Both the position numbers and the translations under genes were made by a program. A stretch of DNA of 61,973 bases, counting the filler, from Actinomycetota bacterium (GTDB lineage Bacteria; Actinomycetota; Actinomycetes; JAKEEW01): assembly GCA_046725875.1 (NCBI GenBank). It is 5 parts of 5 records of this genome, joined end to end, with 100 filler letters (N's around TTAATTAATTAA, not from the genome) between each part and the next. Parts side by side here need not be neighbours in the genome. Positions count along the whole stretch, not along the records: positions 1 to 10,293 come from JBKOZJ010000043.1; 4 more parts are not named here. One strand, given 5' to 3'. Under the pieces are notes generated by a model. That model was not told the DNA's origin, made no database searches, and saw nothing but the letters and a program-made list of their open reading frames with translations. This document shows positions 1 through 10,393 of the stretch, one piece after another. The first letter of the stretch is position 1; every line of letters begins with the position of its first letter.

Positions 1-219
1 GATGCCGACCACCCGAGCGCCGCGCGAGTGGAGCTCGCTGGCGATAATGCCGCCGGAACAGCCCACATCCACGACCGTGCGGCCCTCCAGCGTCGGGACG
101 CCAAGGAACTGCTGGACAACACTCGCGATCTTCGCCGCCTTCGGGCGACGGCTGGTCTCATCGAGCATGAGGGCCTGGCGCTCCGAGTATGCGAGCTGCC
201 TCCGTCGGGTCCCCGGCAT
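1..219 (-). CDS. Class I SAM-dependent methyltransferase, N-terminal part (runs off window start)
   Basis: Not in ORF track. Manual minus-strand translation from ATG 219 gives MPGTRRRQLAYSERQALMLDE...RTVVDVGCSGGIIASELHSRGARVVGI, containing SAM-binding motif I (VVDVGCSGG). Confidence 0.8.
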   Translation of the reverse strand, partial: MPGTRRRQLAYSERQALMLDETSRRPKAAKIASVVQQFLGVPTLEGRTVVDVGCSGGIIASELHSRGARVVGI

Positions 220-330
220 CCTCCGACGATATCGAGACCCGGACGACCGATGTGGCCTCGGCGCTGAGCTGGCCTGAGGGGCGACTACGCCGACCGCAAC
301 GAGAATCATCCGGTCATGCCATAGGCAAGC

Positions 331-1104
331 TCAGAGGACGCGGTCGGGGAGGACGGGGAACGTTTCCCGCGTCTTCAGCACATAGCCAGGGTCTATGTCC
401 AGGACAAGGGATTCCTCGGTCGCGCCCGACTCGGCGAGCACTTGGCCCCAAGGATCGATGACCGCGCAGTAGCCGCCCAGCGTGTAGCCCGAGTGCGAGC
501 CGACCGCGTTGCACGCGAACACGTAGGCCTGCGACTCGATCGCCCGCGCCTTAGACAAGACCCGCCAGTGCTCGATCCGCTTGTCCGGCCAAGACGAGGG
601 CAGCGCAAGGAGTGTGGCGCCAGCATCGACCAGGGCCCGGAACAGCTCCGGGAAGCGCAGGTCGTAACAGATCGCGATGCCCAGAACCGCGTCGCCCACC
701 TTGCCGGTGACGACCTCGTCGCCGCGCCCGAGGGCGGTAGCCTCGCCGTGCCCGAAGCCGAATCTATGGATCTTGCGGTACGACGCAACGAGAGCGCCGG
801 CGGGATCCAGCAGAACCGCGGTGTTGTACAGCACGCCGTCGTCGGCCCGCTCGATCACGCTGCCTGCAAGGACATGTGCATCGATGTCGGCAGCAACCTC
901 GGCCATCGCCGTAACGGTCGGCCCGTCCAGCGGCTCCGCCGAAGCCGCCCAGCTGTCGTACGCGAAGGCACCATGTGCCCAGAGTTCGGGCAGCACGACA
1001 AGATCAGCCCCCCGCTGCTGCCGCACGAGTCCAGCCGCCCGGCTCACCCGAGCCTCGTGCGGCAGTTCCATATCGACATCGAGCCCGACAACTGCAATGC
1101 GCAT
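331..1104 (-). CDS. Carbon-nitrogen hydrolase (nitrilase/amidase family)
   Basis: Glu-Lys-Cys triad motifs LPELW, YRKIH, ICYDLRFPE. Confidence 0.93.
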   Translation of the reverse strand: MRIAVVGLDVDMELPHEARVSRAAGLVRQQRGADLVVLPELWAHGAFAYDSWAASAEPLDGPTVTAMAEVAADIDAHVLAGSVIERADDGVLYNTAVLLDPAGALVASYRKIHRFGFGHGEATALGRGDEVVTGKVGDAVLGIAICYDLRFPELFRALVDAGATLLALPSSWPDKRIEHWRVLSKARAIESQAYVFACNAVGSHSGYTLGGYCAVIDPWGQVLAESGATEESLVLDIDPGYVLKTRETFPVLPDRVL

Positions 1105-1342
1105 GCCGACATTCTCGCCGATGCAGGCTTGACGACCGACTCGGGCATGTCCATACCGGCGCCGAAGCAGAAGATCACGCTTCGACCCTCAGGGGTAGGG
1201 CGGCGGAGCGCGAGCGGCGAAGCCTGTCGAACCAGCGACTTGTCAGACCTCGCGGTCGCCATAGCGACCGCACTCGCTGACAGCTAGACGACCAAGCAGC
1301 TTCTTCTGGCAACTCAGATCCGGGGCCTGCTGAATCGCAGCG

Positions 1343-2926
1343 CTATCCCCAGACCAGGGCCATGTCAGGGTTCTCAAGAATGGTGCCGATGTCAGCGAGG
1401 AACTTCGAGCCGAGCTCGCCGTCGACCAGCCGGTGGTCGAAGGATACGGACAGCGTCGTCACCTTACGGATCGCTAGCTGGCCCTCGTATACCCAAGGCA
1501 GGTCACGCGCCGCACCGAACGCGAGGATCGCGGCCTCGCCTGGGTTGAGGATCGGCGTTCCGGTATCGATGCCGAAGACACCAACATTGGTGATCGTGAT
1601 AGTGCCTCCGGTCAGGTCGGACGGCGGCGTCTTGCCCTCGCGCGCGGTCGCGGCCAGCATGTTGATGGCCTGAGCGAGCTGCGGCAGCGTCAGCGAGTGC
1701 GCGTCCTTGATGTTCGGGACCATCAGCCCGCGCGGGGTGGCGGCGGCAATGCCGAGGTTCACATATCCCCTAACCGCGATCTCCTGCCGCTCCTCGTCCC
1801 ATGTTGAGTTGATGTCCGGGTTGCGGCGTACGGCGATCAGCAGTGCCTTCGCAAGCACGGCAAGCGGGCTCAGCTTGATGCCGGCGAACTCCCGGCTTTC
1901 CAACAGGCGGACGACGAGGTCCATGGTCCTGGTCACGTCGACGGTGAGGAACTCCGTCACGTGCGGTGCCGTGAAGGCACTCTGCACCACCGCGGCCGCC
2001 GTGGTCCGCCGCACCGAGCGGATCGGATAGCGGTACTCCCGCGAGACCGGGTCGAACTCGTAGGCCTGGGTGAGATCGGTCGGTACGAACGATGGGCGCG
2101 GCACACCCACCGCCGGCGCAGCTTCCTGTGACACCTCGCCCGCGCTGGCGGCCTCGACGTCCTGCCGGGTCACCGTGCCGTTGGGTCCGGTCGGCGTGAG
2201 ACGGCGCAGGTCGATCCCCAGGTCCTTGGCGAGCTTGCGTACCGGCGGCTTCGCGAGTACCGGACCCGACGGCTCGGGTCCGGCTTCCCGCTCGGCCTGG
2301 CGAGGCACGGCCGCCGGTGCAGTCGAGGCCGTTGCCGGTGCGGCGGCCGAGGCAGCAGCCGGGGCGGCCGGTGCACCAGCAGACGGCGTCGCGCCCGCAG
2401 GACCAGCGGGCCGGGTCGGAGCGCCAGCGTCGGCGCCCGGGCCGGCGGGTGGCCCTGCCGCGCCAGGCTTGCGCGGCCGCCGCTTGGCCGATGTCGTGCG
2501 CGGACCGTAGCCGACAAGGACAGGAGTACGGGCGCCGGGGGCGGGGCCGCCCTCAAGCCCCGGCTCGGACGGCTCCTCGCCGGACGGTATCGGCGGAACC
2601 ATATCTTCGCCCGTGGCCCGCTCCGTCTCCGGTGCGGCGGCGAGTGGTGCAGCCGGCTCAGCCGGCCCGGCCTCCCCGCCGGGCGACACGTCAACCGTGA
2701 TGATCGGGGTGCCGACGTTGACCATCTCGCCCTCGCCGGCGTGCAGCTCGGTCACCACACCCTCGTACGGGGATGGGAGCTCGACCGCGGACTTCGCGGT
2801 CTCGATCTCCACGACGATCTGGTTGACCTGCACCGGGTCGCCGGGCTTAACGTGCCAGGTGAGAATCTCCGCCTCGGTAAGACCCTCGCCCACGTCGGGA
2901 AGCTTGAACTGCTTGAGCTCAGCCAC
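1343..2926 (-). CDS. pdhC: 2-oxoacid dehydrogenase E2, dihydrolipoamide acyltransferase (pyruvate or branched-chain)
   Basis: Lipoyl domain (ETAKS), Pro/Ala linker, E3-binding AKPPVRKLAKDLGIDL, catalytic DHRLVDG. GTG 2926 chosen from AAGGAG spacing. Confidence 0.93.
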   Translation of the reverse strand: MAELKQFKLPDVGEGLTEAEILTWHVKPGDPVQVNQIVVEIETAKSAVELPSPYEGVVTELHAGEGEMVNVGTPIITVDVSPGGEAGPAEPAAPLAAAPETERATGEDMVPPIPSGEEPSEPGLEGGPAPGARTPVLVGYGPRTTSAKRRPRKPGAAGPPAGPGADAGAPTRPAGPAGATPSAGAPAAPAAASAAAPATASTAPAAVPRQAEREAGPEPSGPVLAKPPVRKLAKDLGIDLRRLTPTGPNGTVTRQDVEAASAGEVSQEAAPAVGVPRPSFVPTDLTQAYEFDPVSREYRYPIRSVRRTTAAAVVQSAFTAPHVTEFLTVDVTRTMDLVVRLLESREFAGIKLSPLAVLAKALLIAVRRNPDINSTWDEERQEIAVRGYVNLGIAAATPRGLMVPNIKDAHSLTLPQLAQAINMLAATAREGKTPPSDLTGGTITITNVGVFGIDTGTPILNPGEAAILAFGAARDLPWVYEGQLAIRKVTTLSVSFDHRLVDGELGSKFLADIGTILENPDMALVWG

Positions 2927-2962
2927 GAGTCCGAACACTCCTTCGTGCGAAACCGAAGTCGC

Positions 2963-3937
2963 TCAAAACGCCAGGGCACGATCGACCGCTTCGAGCACCC
3001 GGTCGAGGTCGGGCAGGTAGTCGTCCTCGAGCCGGGACGGCGGGTACGGGGTGGAGAAGCCCCCGACCCGCAACACCGGCGCCTCGAGCGTGTAGAAGCA
3101 GCGCTCGGTGACCCGGGCCGCGATCTCGGCGCCGCTGCTGCCGAAGACCGGCGCCTCGTGCACGACGATCAAACGACCGGTCCGCTCCACAGATGCACAG
3201 ACCGTGTCGATGTCCAGCGGCGAGAGGGACCGCAGGTCGATTACCTCGAGACTGCGCCCCTCCTCTTCGGCGGCTGCGGCCGCGTCGAGGCATACCTTCA
3301 CCGTCGGCCCATACGTGACGACCGTTGCGTCGTTCCCGGGCCGTATAACCCGGGCCGTGTGGAGCGGGTCCGGGCTCGCGGCCTCGTCGAGCTCGGCCTT
3401 CTCCCAGTAGCGGCCCTTCGGCTCGAAGAAGATGACCGGGTCATCCGAGGCAACGGCCTGCTGGATCATCCAGTACGCATCCACCGGGTTCGAGCACGCC
3501 ACGACTCGCAGGCCGGCGGTGTGCATGAAGTAGGCCTCGGGGGACTCGCTGTGGTGCTCGACCGCGCCGATGTGCCCCCCGAAGGGAATGCGAATGGTGA
3601 CCGGCACTTTGACGTGTCCGGCCGACCGGTACCGCATCTTCGCAAGCTGCGACACGATCTGGTCGAATCCTGGGAAGACGAAACCGTCGAACTGGATCTC
3701 GCAAACTGGCCGGTAGCCGCGCAGGGCCAGGCCGATGGCCGTGCCGACGATCCCCGACTCGGCCAGGGGTGTATCGATGACCCGATCATCGCCGAAGTCT
3801 TTCTGCAGCCCGTCGGTCACCCGGAAGACACCGCCGTGCTTGCCGACGTCTTCGCCCATGATGAGGACCTTCGGGTCGTTCTCGAGGGCCTTGCGAAGCC
3901 CCATGTTGAGGCCCTTGACGAGTGTGATCGAGGTCAT
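2963..3937 (-). CDS. pdhB: 2-oxoacid dehydrogenase E1 beta subunit
   Basis: GEDVG..GGVFR, DTPLAESGIVG, EIQF and EHHSESPE motifs; operon with E1 alpha and E2. Confidence 0.95.
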   Translation of the reverse strand: MTSITLVKGLNMGLRKALENDPKVLIMGEDVGKHGGVFRVTDGLQKDFGDDRVIDTPLAESGIVGTAIGLALRGYRPVCEIQFDGFVFPGFDQIVSQLAKMRYRSAGHVKVPVTIRIPFGGHIGAVEHHSESPEAYFMHTAGLRVVACSNPVDAYWMIQQAVASDDPVIFFEPKGRYWEKAELDEAASPDPLHTARVIRPGNDATVVTYGPTVKVCLDAAAAAEEEGRSLEVIDLRSLSPLDIDTVCASVERTGRLIVVHEAPVFGSSGAEIAARVTERCFYTLEAPVLRVGGFSTPYPPSRLEDDYLPDLDRVLEAVDRALAF

Positions 3938-3940
3938 CGC

Positions 3941-5149
3941 TCAGCCCTCCGTCCGGCCGGAGCCGCCGGGCCCGCCGCTCCCTGCGTCCACGAACGAGTC
4001 CAGGTAAGCGGCGTACTGTTCCCGTTCTTCGGCCAGTAGTGCATGTGGCTCGGCGTACACCTCGTCGAACAGGGCCAGCGGGGCCGGGTCCGGCATGTCC
4101 CGGCAGCCGTTCCGCACGTGCGCGGCGATCTTGTCGCTCTCTTCGTCGACCGAGGCGAAGTACGCCTGGTCGGCGTGGCCGTTCTGCTCGAGGAAGCGGC
4201 GGAAGCGCGCGATCGGATCCTTCAGCTTCCAGGCCTCGACCTCCTCGGCGATCCGGTACCGGGTGGGGTCGTCCGTGGTGGTGTGCGCGCCCATGCGGTA
4301 GGTGTACGCCTCGATAAGGGTTGGCCCGCTGCCCTCCCGGGCACTCTGCAGCGCGGCTTTGGTCACCGCGTACACCGCGAGCACGTCGTTTCCGTCGACC
4401 CGGATGCCCGGGAAGCCAAAGCCGCGGGCCCGCTGGTAAAGAGGGATGCGGGACTGCCGCTCGACCGGCTCCGAGATGGCCCACTGGTTGTTCTGGCAGA
4501 AGAACACGACCGGCGCGTTGTAGACCGAGGCCCAGATGAAGGACTCGTTCACGTCGCCCTGGCTGATCGCCCCGTCCCCGAAGTATGCGATCACCGCGGA
4601 CTCGGCGCCGTCGCGCTGCACGCCCATGGCATAACCGGTGGCGTGCAGGGTCTGCGCACCGATGACGATCGTGTAGAGATGGAAGTTCTTCGCGTCCGGA
4701 TCCCAGCCGCCGTGGTTGACCCCCCGGAAGAGGCCGAGCAGGTTCAGCGGGTCGACATCGCGGCACCACGCGACGGCGTGCTCGCGGTAGGTGGGGAAGA
4801 CATAGTCGTCCTTCTCCAGCGCCCGGCCCGAGCCGATCTGTGCGGCCTCCTGACCGAGTAGCGAGGCCCAGATGCCCAGCTCGCCCTGGCGCTGCAACGA
4901 GATCGCCTCGGCGTCGATGCGGCGGACGAGAACCAGGTCGCGGTAGAACCCGCGATACTCCTCGACGGTCAGCTCGACCGAGTAGTCGGGATGGTCGACG
5001 CGCTCACCCTCAGGCGTGAGCAGCTGGACGAGGTCGGGCTCCGGGGCAGGCGCCAACGCGCCGAACGAAGCCTCCATATCATTCGCTGCGCTGGGCGCCG
5101 TGGTCGGATCCGGCAGGCGGCGCCGGGCTGAGCGGTCTGTCACGGGCAC
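3941..5149 (-). CDS. pdhA: 2-oxoacid dehydrogenase E1 alpha subunit (PdhA/BkdA type)
   Basis: TPP-binding GDGA...NNQWAIS and YRMGAHTTTDDP. Start and substrate (pyruvate vs branched-chain) uncertain. Confidence 0.93.
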   Translation of the reverse strand: MPVTDRSARRRLPDPTTAPSAANDMEASFGALAPAPEPDLVQLLTPEGERVDHPDYSVELTVEEYRGFYRDLVLVRRIDAEAISLQRQGELGIWASLLGQEAAQIGSGRALEKDDYVFPTYREHAVAWCRDVDPLNLLGLFRGVNHGGWDPDAKNFHLYTIVIGAQTLHATGYAMGVQRDGAESAVIAYFGDGAISQGDVNESFIWASVYNAPVVFFCQNNQWAISEPVERQSRIPLYQRARGFGFPGIRVDGNDVLAVYAVTKAALQSAREGSGPTLIEAYTYRMGAHTTTDDPTRYRIAEEVEAWKLKDPIARFRRFLEQNGHADQAYFASVDEESDKIAAHVRNGCRDMPDPAPLALFDEVYAEPHALLAEEREQYAAYLDSFVDAGSGGPGGSGRTEG

Positions 5150-5355
5150 TCCCTAAGTGCTCTCTGGCGGTCCCATGGGTGTCGGGCTCGCCGGGCTGGA
5201 GGCCCCGGGGCGCGGGGGTGATGCGCACCGGGTAGGTCGAGCGTGTGCCGGGCTTGCGGCGCCGGTAACCCTGCTCGGGCGGGGTCGCGACAGGCGACAT
5301 TAGTCACGGTACAGCCGAGCTGCCCAATCTGGGCGATCGGGGACGGGCCGGATGA

Positions 5356-5595
5356 TCATTGGGTACGGGACGGAGTCGCCTCGCCATCAGTCGACGGGCT
5401 CGAATCGTCCGCGAAGGGATCGACCGGCGAGCGACCTTGATCACTGATCTCGACGACGTCGGTCATCCGGGGTTCGTCGGTTGCTCGGCTGCGGACTGAC
5501 AGTGCTACCAGTGCTGCAAGGGCCAGCACGAGCAGGGCCAGCGTGGCGACGATAAACGCCTCGCCACGCCGTCGCCGTGCAATACGCACACCCAT
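5356..5595 (-). CDS. Small hypothetical single-pass membrane protein
   Basis: ATG 5595, basic N-terminus followed by a ~20-aa hydrophobic stretch and an acidic tail; no family recognised. Confidence 0.5.
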   Translation of the reverse strand: MGVRIARRRRGEAFIVATLALLVLALAALVALSVRSRATDEPRMTDVVEISDQGRSPVDPFADDSSPSTDGEATPSRTQ

Positions 5596-5878
5596 GCCTG
5601 CTCGGCCTCCTTGCCTCGATCGCTGCCCGCTCCCCAGACCGGCGGGGGCGCGGCGGGCACGACGGGAGTGTACGGCCCGCCAGCACGCCGGAACTGCGAT
5701 CTGCCCAGAAGACGTCGGCACCTGCGTAAATCGTTCGCCGTAGGCCGGCGCGCGCGAGCCGCGCCCCCCGGAGCCCGCTTGAATAACCGGCCGCCGCCCG
5801 CTGATGTTGGCAGGAGAGCGGCTGGCGATGGCAGGGATATACGTTGCCCGGCGTCATGAGTAACGGGAGGATTTACTC

Positions 5879-6802
5879 ATGACAGGTGCCGCCCTCGCCC
5901 TCCGTACGGCGGTCCAATCCCGGGGCGGATTGCTCTGGATCGCACTGGGGACGGTCTACGTCGTCTGGGGATCGACTTATCTCGCGATCCGAGTGGCCGT
6001 CGAGACCATGCCGCCACTGCTCTTTGCCGGAGTGCGGTTTCTCGTGGCAGCCAGCATTGTCGGGCTCATCCTCATGGCCCGTGGCGGTGCAGGCATCTTC
6101 CGCGTGGAGGGCCGGCGGCTCGCGACGGCGGCGGTCGTGGGAGTCCTGCTACTGGTCGGCGGGAACGGCGGCGTAGTCCTCGGGGAGAAGACTGTCGCGT
6201 CGGGGATCGCCGCACTCCTGGTCGCGATCGTACCGCTGTGGGTGGTTGTGCTGCGGGCAAGCACCGGCGACCGGCCGACCCGTCGGACGGTCTTCGGCGT
6301 GCTGGTCGGCTTTGCGGGCTTGGCCATCCTCGTCCTGCCAGGCCGGAACGGCGAGACGACGACGGCGGGCGGAATCGCGCTGATCATCGGGGCCACCCTC
6401 GCCTGGTCCAGCGGCTCGATAATCGCCGGTCGAGCGCGGATGCCGGCGAACCCGTTCGTAGCGACGTTCTACGAGATGCTGGCCGGCGGCCTCGTGCTCG
6501 TCCTCGCCGGACTGGTGGCGGGGGAGACCAGCGACCTGGAGCTGGGCGCGATCAGCGGACGGTCGTGGCTGGCACTGATCTACCTCATACTCATGGGCTC
6601 GGTGGCCGCCTTCAGTGCTTACGTCTGGCTGCTGCACCACGCACCGATCTCACTGGTCGCGACGTACGCCTACGTCAATCCGGTGATCGCCGTCCTGCTC
6701 GGGGCACTCATCCTGAGCGAGCCGATCACCGCCGCGATCCTGGCCGGCGGCGCTGTCATCGTCTTTGGTGTCATGCTCGTCGTGTCCTCGGAGCGGAGAT
6801 GA
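5879..6802 (+). CDS. EamA/DMT family transporter
   Basis: ~10 TM helices, VWGSTYLAIR and TYAYVNPVIAV motifs; GGAGG RBS. Confidence 0.93.
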   Translation: MTGAALALRTAVQSRGGLLWIALGTVYVVWGSTYLAIRVAVETMPPLLFAGVRFLVAASIVGLILMARGGAGIFRVEGRRLATAAVVGVLLLVGGNGGVVLGEKTVASGIAALLVAIVPLWVVVLRASTGDRPTRRTVFGVLVGFAGLAILVLPGRNGETTTAGGIALIIGATLAWSSGSIIAGRARMPANPFVATFYEMLAGGLVLVLAGLVAGETSDLELGAISGRSWLALIYLILMGSVAAFSAYVWLLHHAPISLVATYAYVNPVIAVLLGALILSEPITAAILAGGAVIVFGVMLVVSSERR

Positions 6803-6859
6803 CCACCCGACCCGAAACCGCAGCGGCATAGATCCCTGGGTGCTGCGTACCCTCGGGGC

Positions 6860-8092
6860 ATGACGCCGCGACCCCATGGGGCCGACAGCGAGGTCGGCCG
6901 GCTCCGCACGGTGCTGCTGCACCGGCCTGGACCTGAGCTCAAGCGCCTGACGCCGAGGAACAACGACAAACTTCTCTTCGACGGCATCCCCTGGGTCGGC
7001 CGCGCGCAAGAGGAGCACGACGCCTTCGCGCAGGTGCTCCGCGACCACGGCGTGGAGGTTCTCTACCTTGCCGACCTGCTCGCAGAGACGCTTCAAGTCC
7101 CCGCGGCGCGCGAGCTGGCGATCGGCTCTGTGCTCGTCGAGCCCCGCCTAGGCGAGACGTTGCGCGCCGAAGTCGCCGCATATCTCGACGGGCTGCATCC
7201 AGACGACTTGGCGCTCGTCCTCGTCGCCGGGTTGGCCCATGAGGAGCTGCACGGCGGACGGGGCCTTGTTTACGAACTGATGGACCCCCATGACTTCATC
7301 GTCGACCCGCTGCCGAACCTGCTGTTCACCCGGGACTCGAGCGTATGGATCAAGGACCAGGTCGCGATCACCAGTCTGGCGATGCCGGCCCGGATCCGGG
7401 AAAGCACGTTGACCGAGGCGATCTACCGCTTCCACCCACTGTTCGTCGGCACTCGGGTCGTGTACGAGGCCGGACTCGAGCCGCTCGAAGGCGGCGATGT
7501 ACTGCTACTCGGCCCGGGCGTGATCGCCGTCGGTACAGGCGAACGGACGACGCCGGCCGGCGTCGAACGGGTCGCCCGGCGGGCATTGGCGGCCGGGCTC
7601 GTACACACGGTTCTGGCTGTGCCGATCGCGCAGCACCGCGCGACCATGCACCTGGACACCGTCTGCACCATGATCGACCGGGATGCGGTCGTGATGTATC
7701 CGAATGTGGCCGACGAGCTCGCCGCGTACACCATCACCGCGAACGGGGGACATCGTGCCGACGACGTCGAGGCCCTCCGGGTCGCCGGGCCCGAGCCGTT
7801 CCTCGTCGCCGCGGCCAAGGCGATGGGCCTGGACACGCTGCGGATCATCGACACCGGACTCGACCCGATCACCGCCGAGCGGGAGCAATGGGACGACGGC
7901 AACAACACGCTGGCCATCGAGCCGCGCCTCTGTGTCGCATATGAGCGGAACGTCGAGACAAACGCGCGCCTCGAGGACGCAAATATCGAGGTCATCCCGA
8001 TCCCCGGGAGTGAGCTCGGCAGCGGCCGCGGCGGGCCGAGATGCATGTCATCCCCGATCGTTCGCGAGCCGCTCAACGCGGTCGCCGAGTAA
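6860..8092 (+). CDS. arcA: Arginine deiminase
   Basis: [31 protein letters not shown], catalytic GGPRCMS. Confidence 0.95.
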   Translation: MTPRPHGADSEVGRLRTVLLHRPGPELKRLTPRNNDKLLFDGIPWVGRAQEEHDAFAQVLRDHGVEVLYLADLLAETLQVPAARELAIGSVLVEPRLGETLRAEVAAYLDGLHPDDLALVLVAGLAHEELHGGRGLVYELMDPHDFIVDPLPNLLFTRDSSVWIKDQVAITSLAMPARIRESTLTEAIYRFHPLFVGTRVVYEAGLEPLEGGDVLLLGPGVIAVGTGERTTPAGVERVARRALAAGLVHTVLAVPIAQHRATMHLDTVCTMIDRDAVVMYPNVADELAAYTITANGGHRADDVEALRVAGPEPFLVAAAKAMGLDTLRIIDTGLDPITAEREQWDDGNNTLAIEPRLCVAYERNVETNARLEDANIEVIPIPGSELGSGRGGPRCMSSPIVREPLNAVAE

Positions 8093-8102
8093 AGAAATGC
8101 CC

Positions 8103-8134
8103 GAGCGCTTCTGACGGGGGATACAGAAGCGCTC
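8103..8134. terminator. Hairpin between convergent genes, probable terminator
   Basis: Perfect 11-bp stem GAGCGCTTCTG/CAGAAGCGCTC 10 nt after the arcA stop. Confidence 0.6.
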
Positions 8135-8353
8135 AGGCTTCGGAAACTTTAGCAGAGAGACCCGGAGACGGCGCAATCCCTAGTTGACTGGATCGTCAAC
8201 ATCGGAAACCTGCAAACAGCCAATGCCCAGCTCGTCCGACAGGCAACGGCGCCGGCGCCCATCGGCTGGCCGGGGCAACGGCGCCAACGCCCCGCTCGCG
8301 GCCGCAGGCAAGGGCGCCTACGCCCAGTGCGGCGGGAAGATTTCGTGCCGTCT

Positions 8354-9313
8354 CTAGCGGATGGTCAGCTGGCGGTTGAGGAGCCCGTCGCGGGCTCGCC
8401 GCTCGGGGGCCGTGAGCGGGTCGGTGACCGCCAGCGCGTCGCCGAGGCGCTTCGCGAAGGCTGCGGCCGGCTCCTCGACCCCGTCCGCGGCACGATCCTG
8501 AGGCAGGTCCCACACCGGGACCAGGAGACCGTACGCCCGGAATGAGCCGACGAAGCGGGTTCCGACGCCGAGGCTGGATTCGCCGGCCGCGTGGAGCCGG
8601 GCCAGCGCGTCGATCGTTTCCCGTTCCGGGTACGGCATGACCCAGCGCAGGTGGTTGCGGTCGCGAACGGCGCACCAATAGGCCGCATCGACCGACGAGA
8701 GACGCCTGGTCGGTACTACGGCGGCGTTGGCGCGCTCGAGTGCGTCGGCGATGTCGCCGGAGCCCGCGGTGTCGCTATCGACCCAGAAGTCGAACCCTTC
8801 GTGCACGGTCACGTCGAGGGGCACGCCCGGGTCGAGTACCTCTTGCAGGCGCACATCCGGCACATCCCCCGGCACCGCGTCGACCGGCGTTCCGGGATCG
8901 GCCGAGATAGCCGCGACCAATGCGCGAGCGACCTCTTTGCTCGGGTCGTCCCCGGCGGATTGGGTCTGCATCGCCACGAGCACGGAGCCGTCGTCCCGGC
9001 GCAGGGCCGGATACGCGCCCGGAAGAACGGTACAGACCGTCGCCCGCTCATCGGCGTACTCCCCGGTCAGGGTCAGCGGTGCGGTCGCGGCAGGAACGAA
9101 CTCGCGGATGGCGATCCAATCCCCCTCGGACGCGAGTCCCTCGAACGGGCGGCCGACCGGTCGCGCTCTGGATGCCGTTCGGCCGTGGCAGTCCTTGTAT
9201 TTCAGCCCCGATCCGCACGGGCAGGGCTGACGGCTGGCCACGGCCGGGATCTCACCGGACGTTCGCGCCAAGGCGGAGGCTCGCGCCGCCCGCAGCCGAG
9301 CCTGCTTACCCAT
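8354..9313 (-). CDS. DUF5926-like protein with SEC-C motif
   Basis: CPCGSGLKYKDCHG SEC-C motif, RPFEGL..E.DWIA.RE.VP and GSFRAYGLLVPVWDL; usual actinobacterial neighbours (ATP-binding protein, GDPD). Confidence 0.85.
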   Translation of the reverse strand: MGKQARLRAARASALARTSGEIPAVASRQPCPCGSGLKYKDCHGRTASRARPVGRPFEGLASEGDWIAIREFVPAATAPLTLTGEYADERATVCTVLPGAYPALRRDDGSVLVAMQTQSAGDDPSKEVARALVAAISADPGTPVDAVPGDVPDVRLQEVLDPGVPLDVTVHEGFDFWVDSDTAGSGDIADALERANAAVVPTRRLSSVDAAYWCAVRDRNHLRWVMPYPERETIDALARLHAAGESSLGVGTRFVGSFRAYGLLVPVWDLPQDRAADGVEEPAAAFAKRLGDALAVTDPLTAPERRARDGLLNRQLTIR

Positions 9314-9469
9314 GACGTTCCCTCCCAACGGATGGTGGGCCGGGAGCACCGGGGATCTTGGCCCCGATGCCCGGCGAATGCGTCCCAGCGACACTACCCG
9401 TCGCCAAGAACGGCATCCGCGAACGATGGGAGCCGCCGGCACTAAAGGAGAGAGCGCTGCCGCCTTGGT

Positions 9470-9925
9470 CTAGGCCGCCCGGTGACTTCCCTCGAAAGGA
9501 AGCACAGCCCACACCGTGGACTCCCCGGACTCGGTCTTGACCCCCCAGTCAGATGTCAGCGTCGTCACGATGCCGAGGCCGCGACCACCGAGCGATGAGA
9601 GAGAGGGCTGTGCCGGATAGGGATGGGTGGCGCCGCCCCCGTCGGTAACTTCGATCTCGACCGCGCCGGCGCGCACGTCCCAGGCAACCTTGACCTTCCC
9701 CGAGCCCAGCGGGCGCGCATGCCGCACCGCGTTGCTCAGGACCTCGGAGAGTACGAGGACGGCGTCGTTGACGATCTCTTTCGGGACTCCACGCTTCTCG
9801 AGATCGTTGGCCAACCGCCTCCGCGCCGACCTCACACTGGCCGTGGCATGCGCGAAGTGGAGGGTGGCGGTCGTCGTTGCCCGCCGGGTGGCTGTCGCCA
9901 AAAGGTGCGCCTCCTTTGGTCGCAT
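9470..9925 (-). CDS. RsbW-like HATPase (anti-sigma-factor-type ATP-binding protein)
   Basis: SEVLSNAVRH N-box, VTDGG, GGRGLGIV, TVW. Confidence 0.9.
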   Translation of the reverse strand: MRPKEAHLLATATRRATTTATLHFAHATASVRSARRRLANDLEKRGVPKEIVNDAVLVLSEVLSNAVRHARPLGSGKVKVAWDVRAGAVEIEVTDGGGATHPYPAQPSLSSLGGRGLGIVTTLTSDWGVKTESGESTVWAVLPFEGSHRAA

Positions 9926-10064
9926 CCAGCCGGCCCCCCAGTTCCGTCGACTCTGGGGAAATTCCCGGTGAAGTACCGAAGGAAACAGCGGCCGTCAGCG
10001 GAGGTCGGTCACGGTTTCGTCGCGTTACAGCAGGTCGGAGGCGCGCCGCCACTGAATTTAAAGA

Positions 10065-10293
10065 TCAACGACCTAGTTGCTCGAGGGTGCGCCGGGGCCG
10101 GTCGGTGATGATCCCATCGACGCCGATCCGGGCGCACAGGTGAAGATCGAGAACTCGGTTGACGGTCCAGACATACGCCGCGTGTCCACGCGCATGCACT
10201 CGGTCGACATAGTGGGGATGTGCACGCACGACCTCTATAGAGGGGCCGGCAATTGTCACGCCGAGGGGCAGGCTCCCGTCCCGGAGTCGCATC
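10065..10293 (-). CDS. Glycerophosphodiester phosphodiesterase, C-terminal part (cut by contig end)
   Basis: VWTVN and GVDGIITDRP motifs. Confidence 0.85.
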
Positions 10294-10393
10294 NNNNNNN
10301 NNNNNNNNNNNNNNNNNNNNNNNNNNNNNNNNNNNNNTTAATTAATTAANNNNNNNNNNNNNNNNNNNNNNNNNNNNNNNNNNNNNNNNNNNN
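10294..10393. other. Artificial contig linker
   Basis: 44 N + TTAATTAATTAA (stops in all frames) + 44 N. Confidence 0.99.

Noticed and set aside
2280..2680. Low-complexity GC repeats
   Set aside because: Encode the normal Pro/Ala linker of the E2 subunit.
5240..5295. GCCGGGCTTGC...CCGGTAACCCT...GGGGT resembles part of a SAM-IV riboswitch
   Set aside because: Antisense to the adjacent pdhA leader, lacks the 5' P1 core, and no sulfur-metabolism gene lies downstream.
8180..8300. Small GTTGAC/GTCAAC hairpin and duplicated GGCAACGGCGCC
   Set aside because: Too short to be significant at this GC content; no credible ORF or RNA.
10294..10393. TTAATTAATTAA palindrome recurring four times within N runs
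   Set aside because: Artificial six-frame-stop contig linker; ORFs ending in X runs are truncations, not biology.
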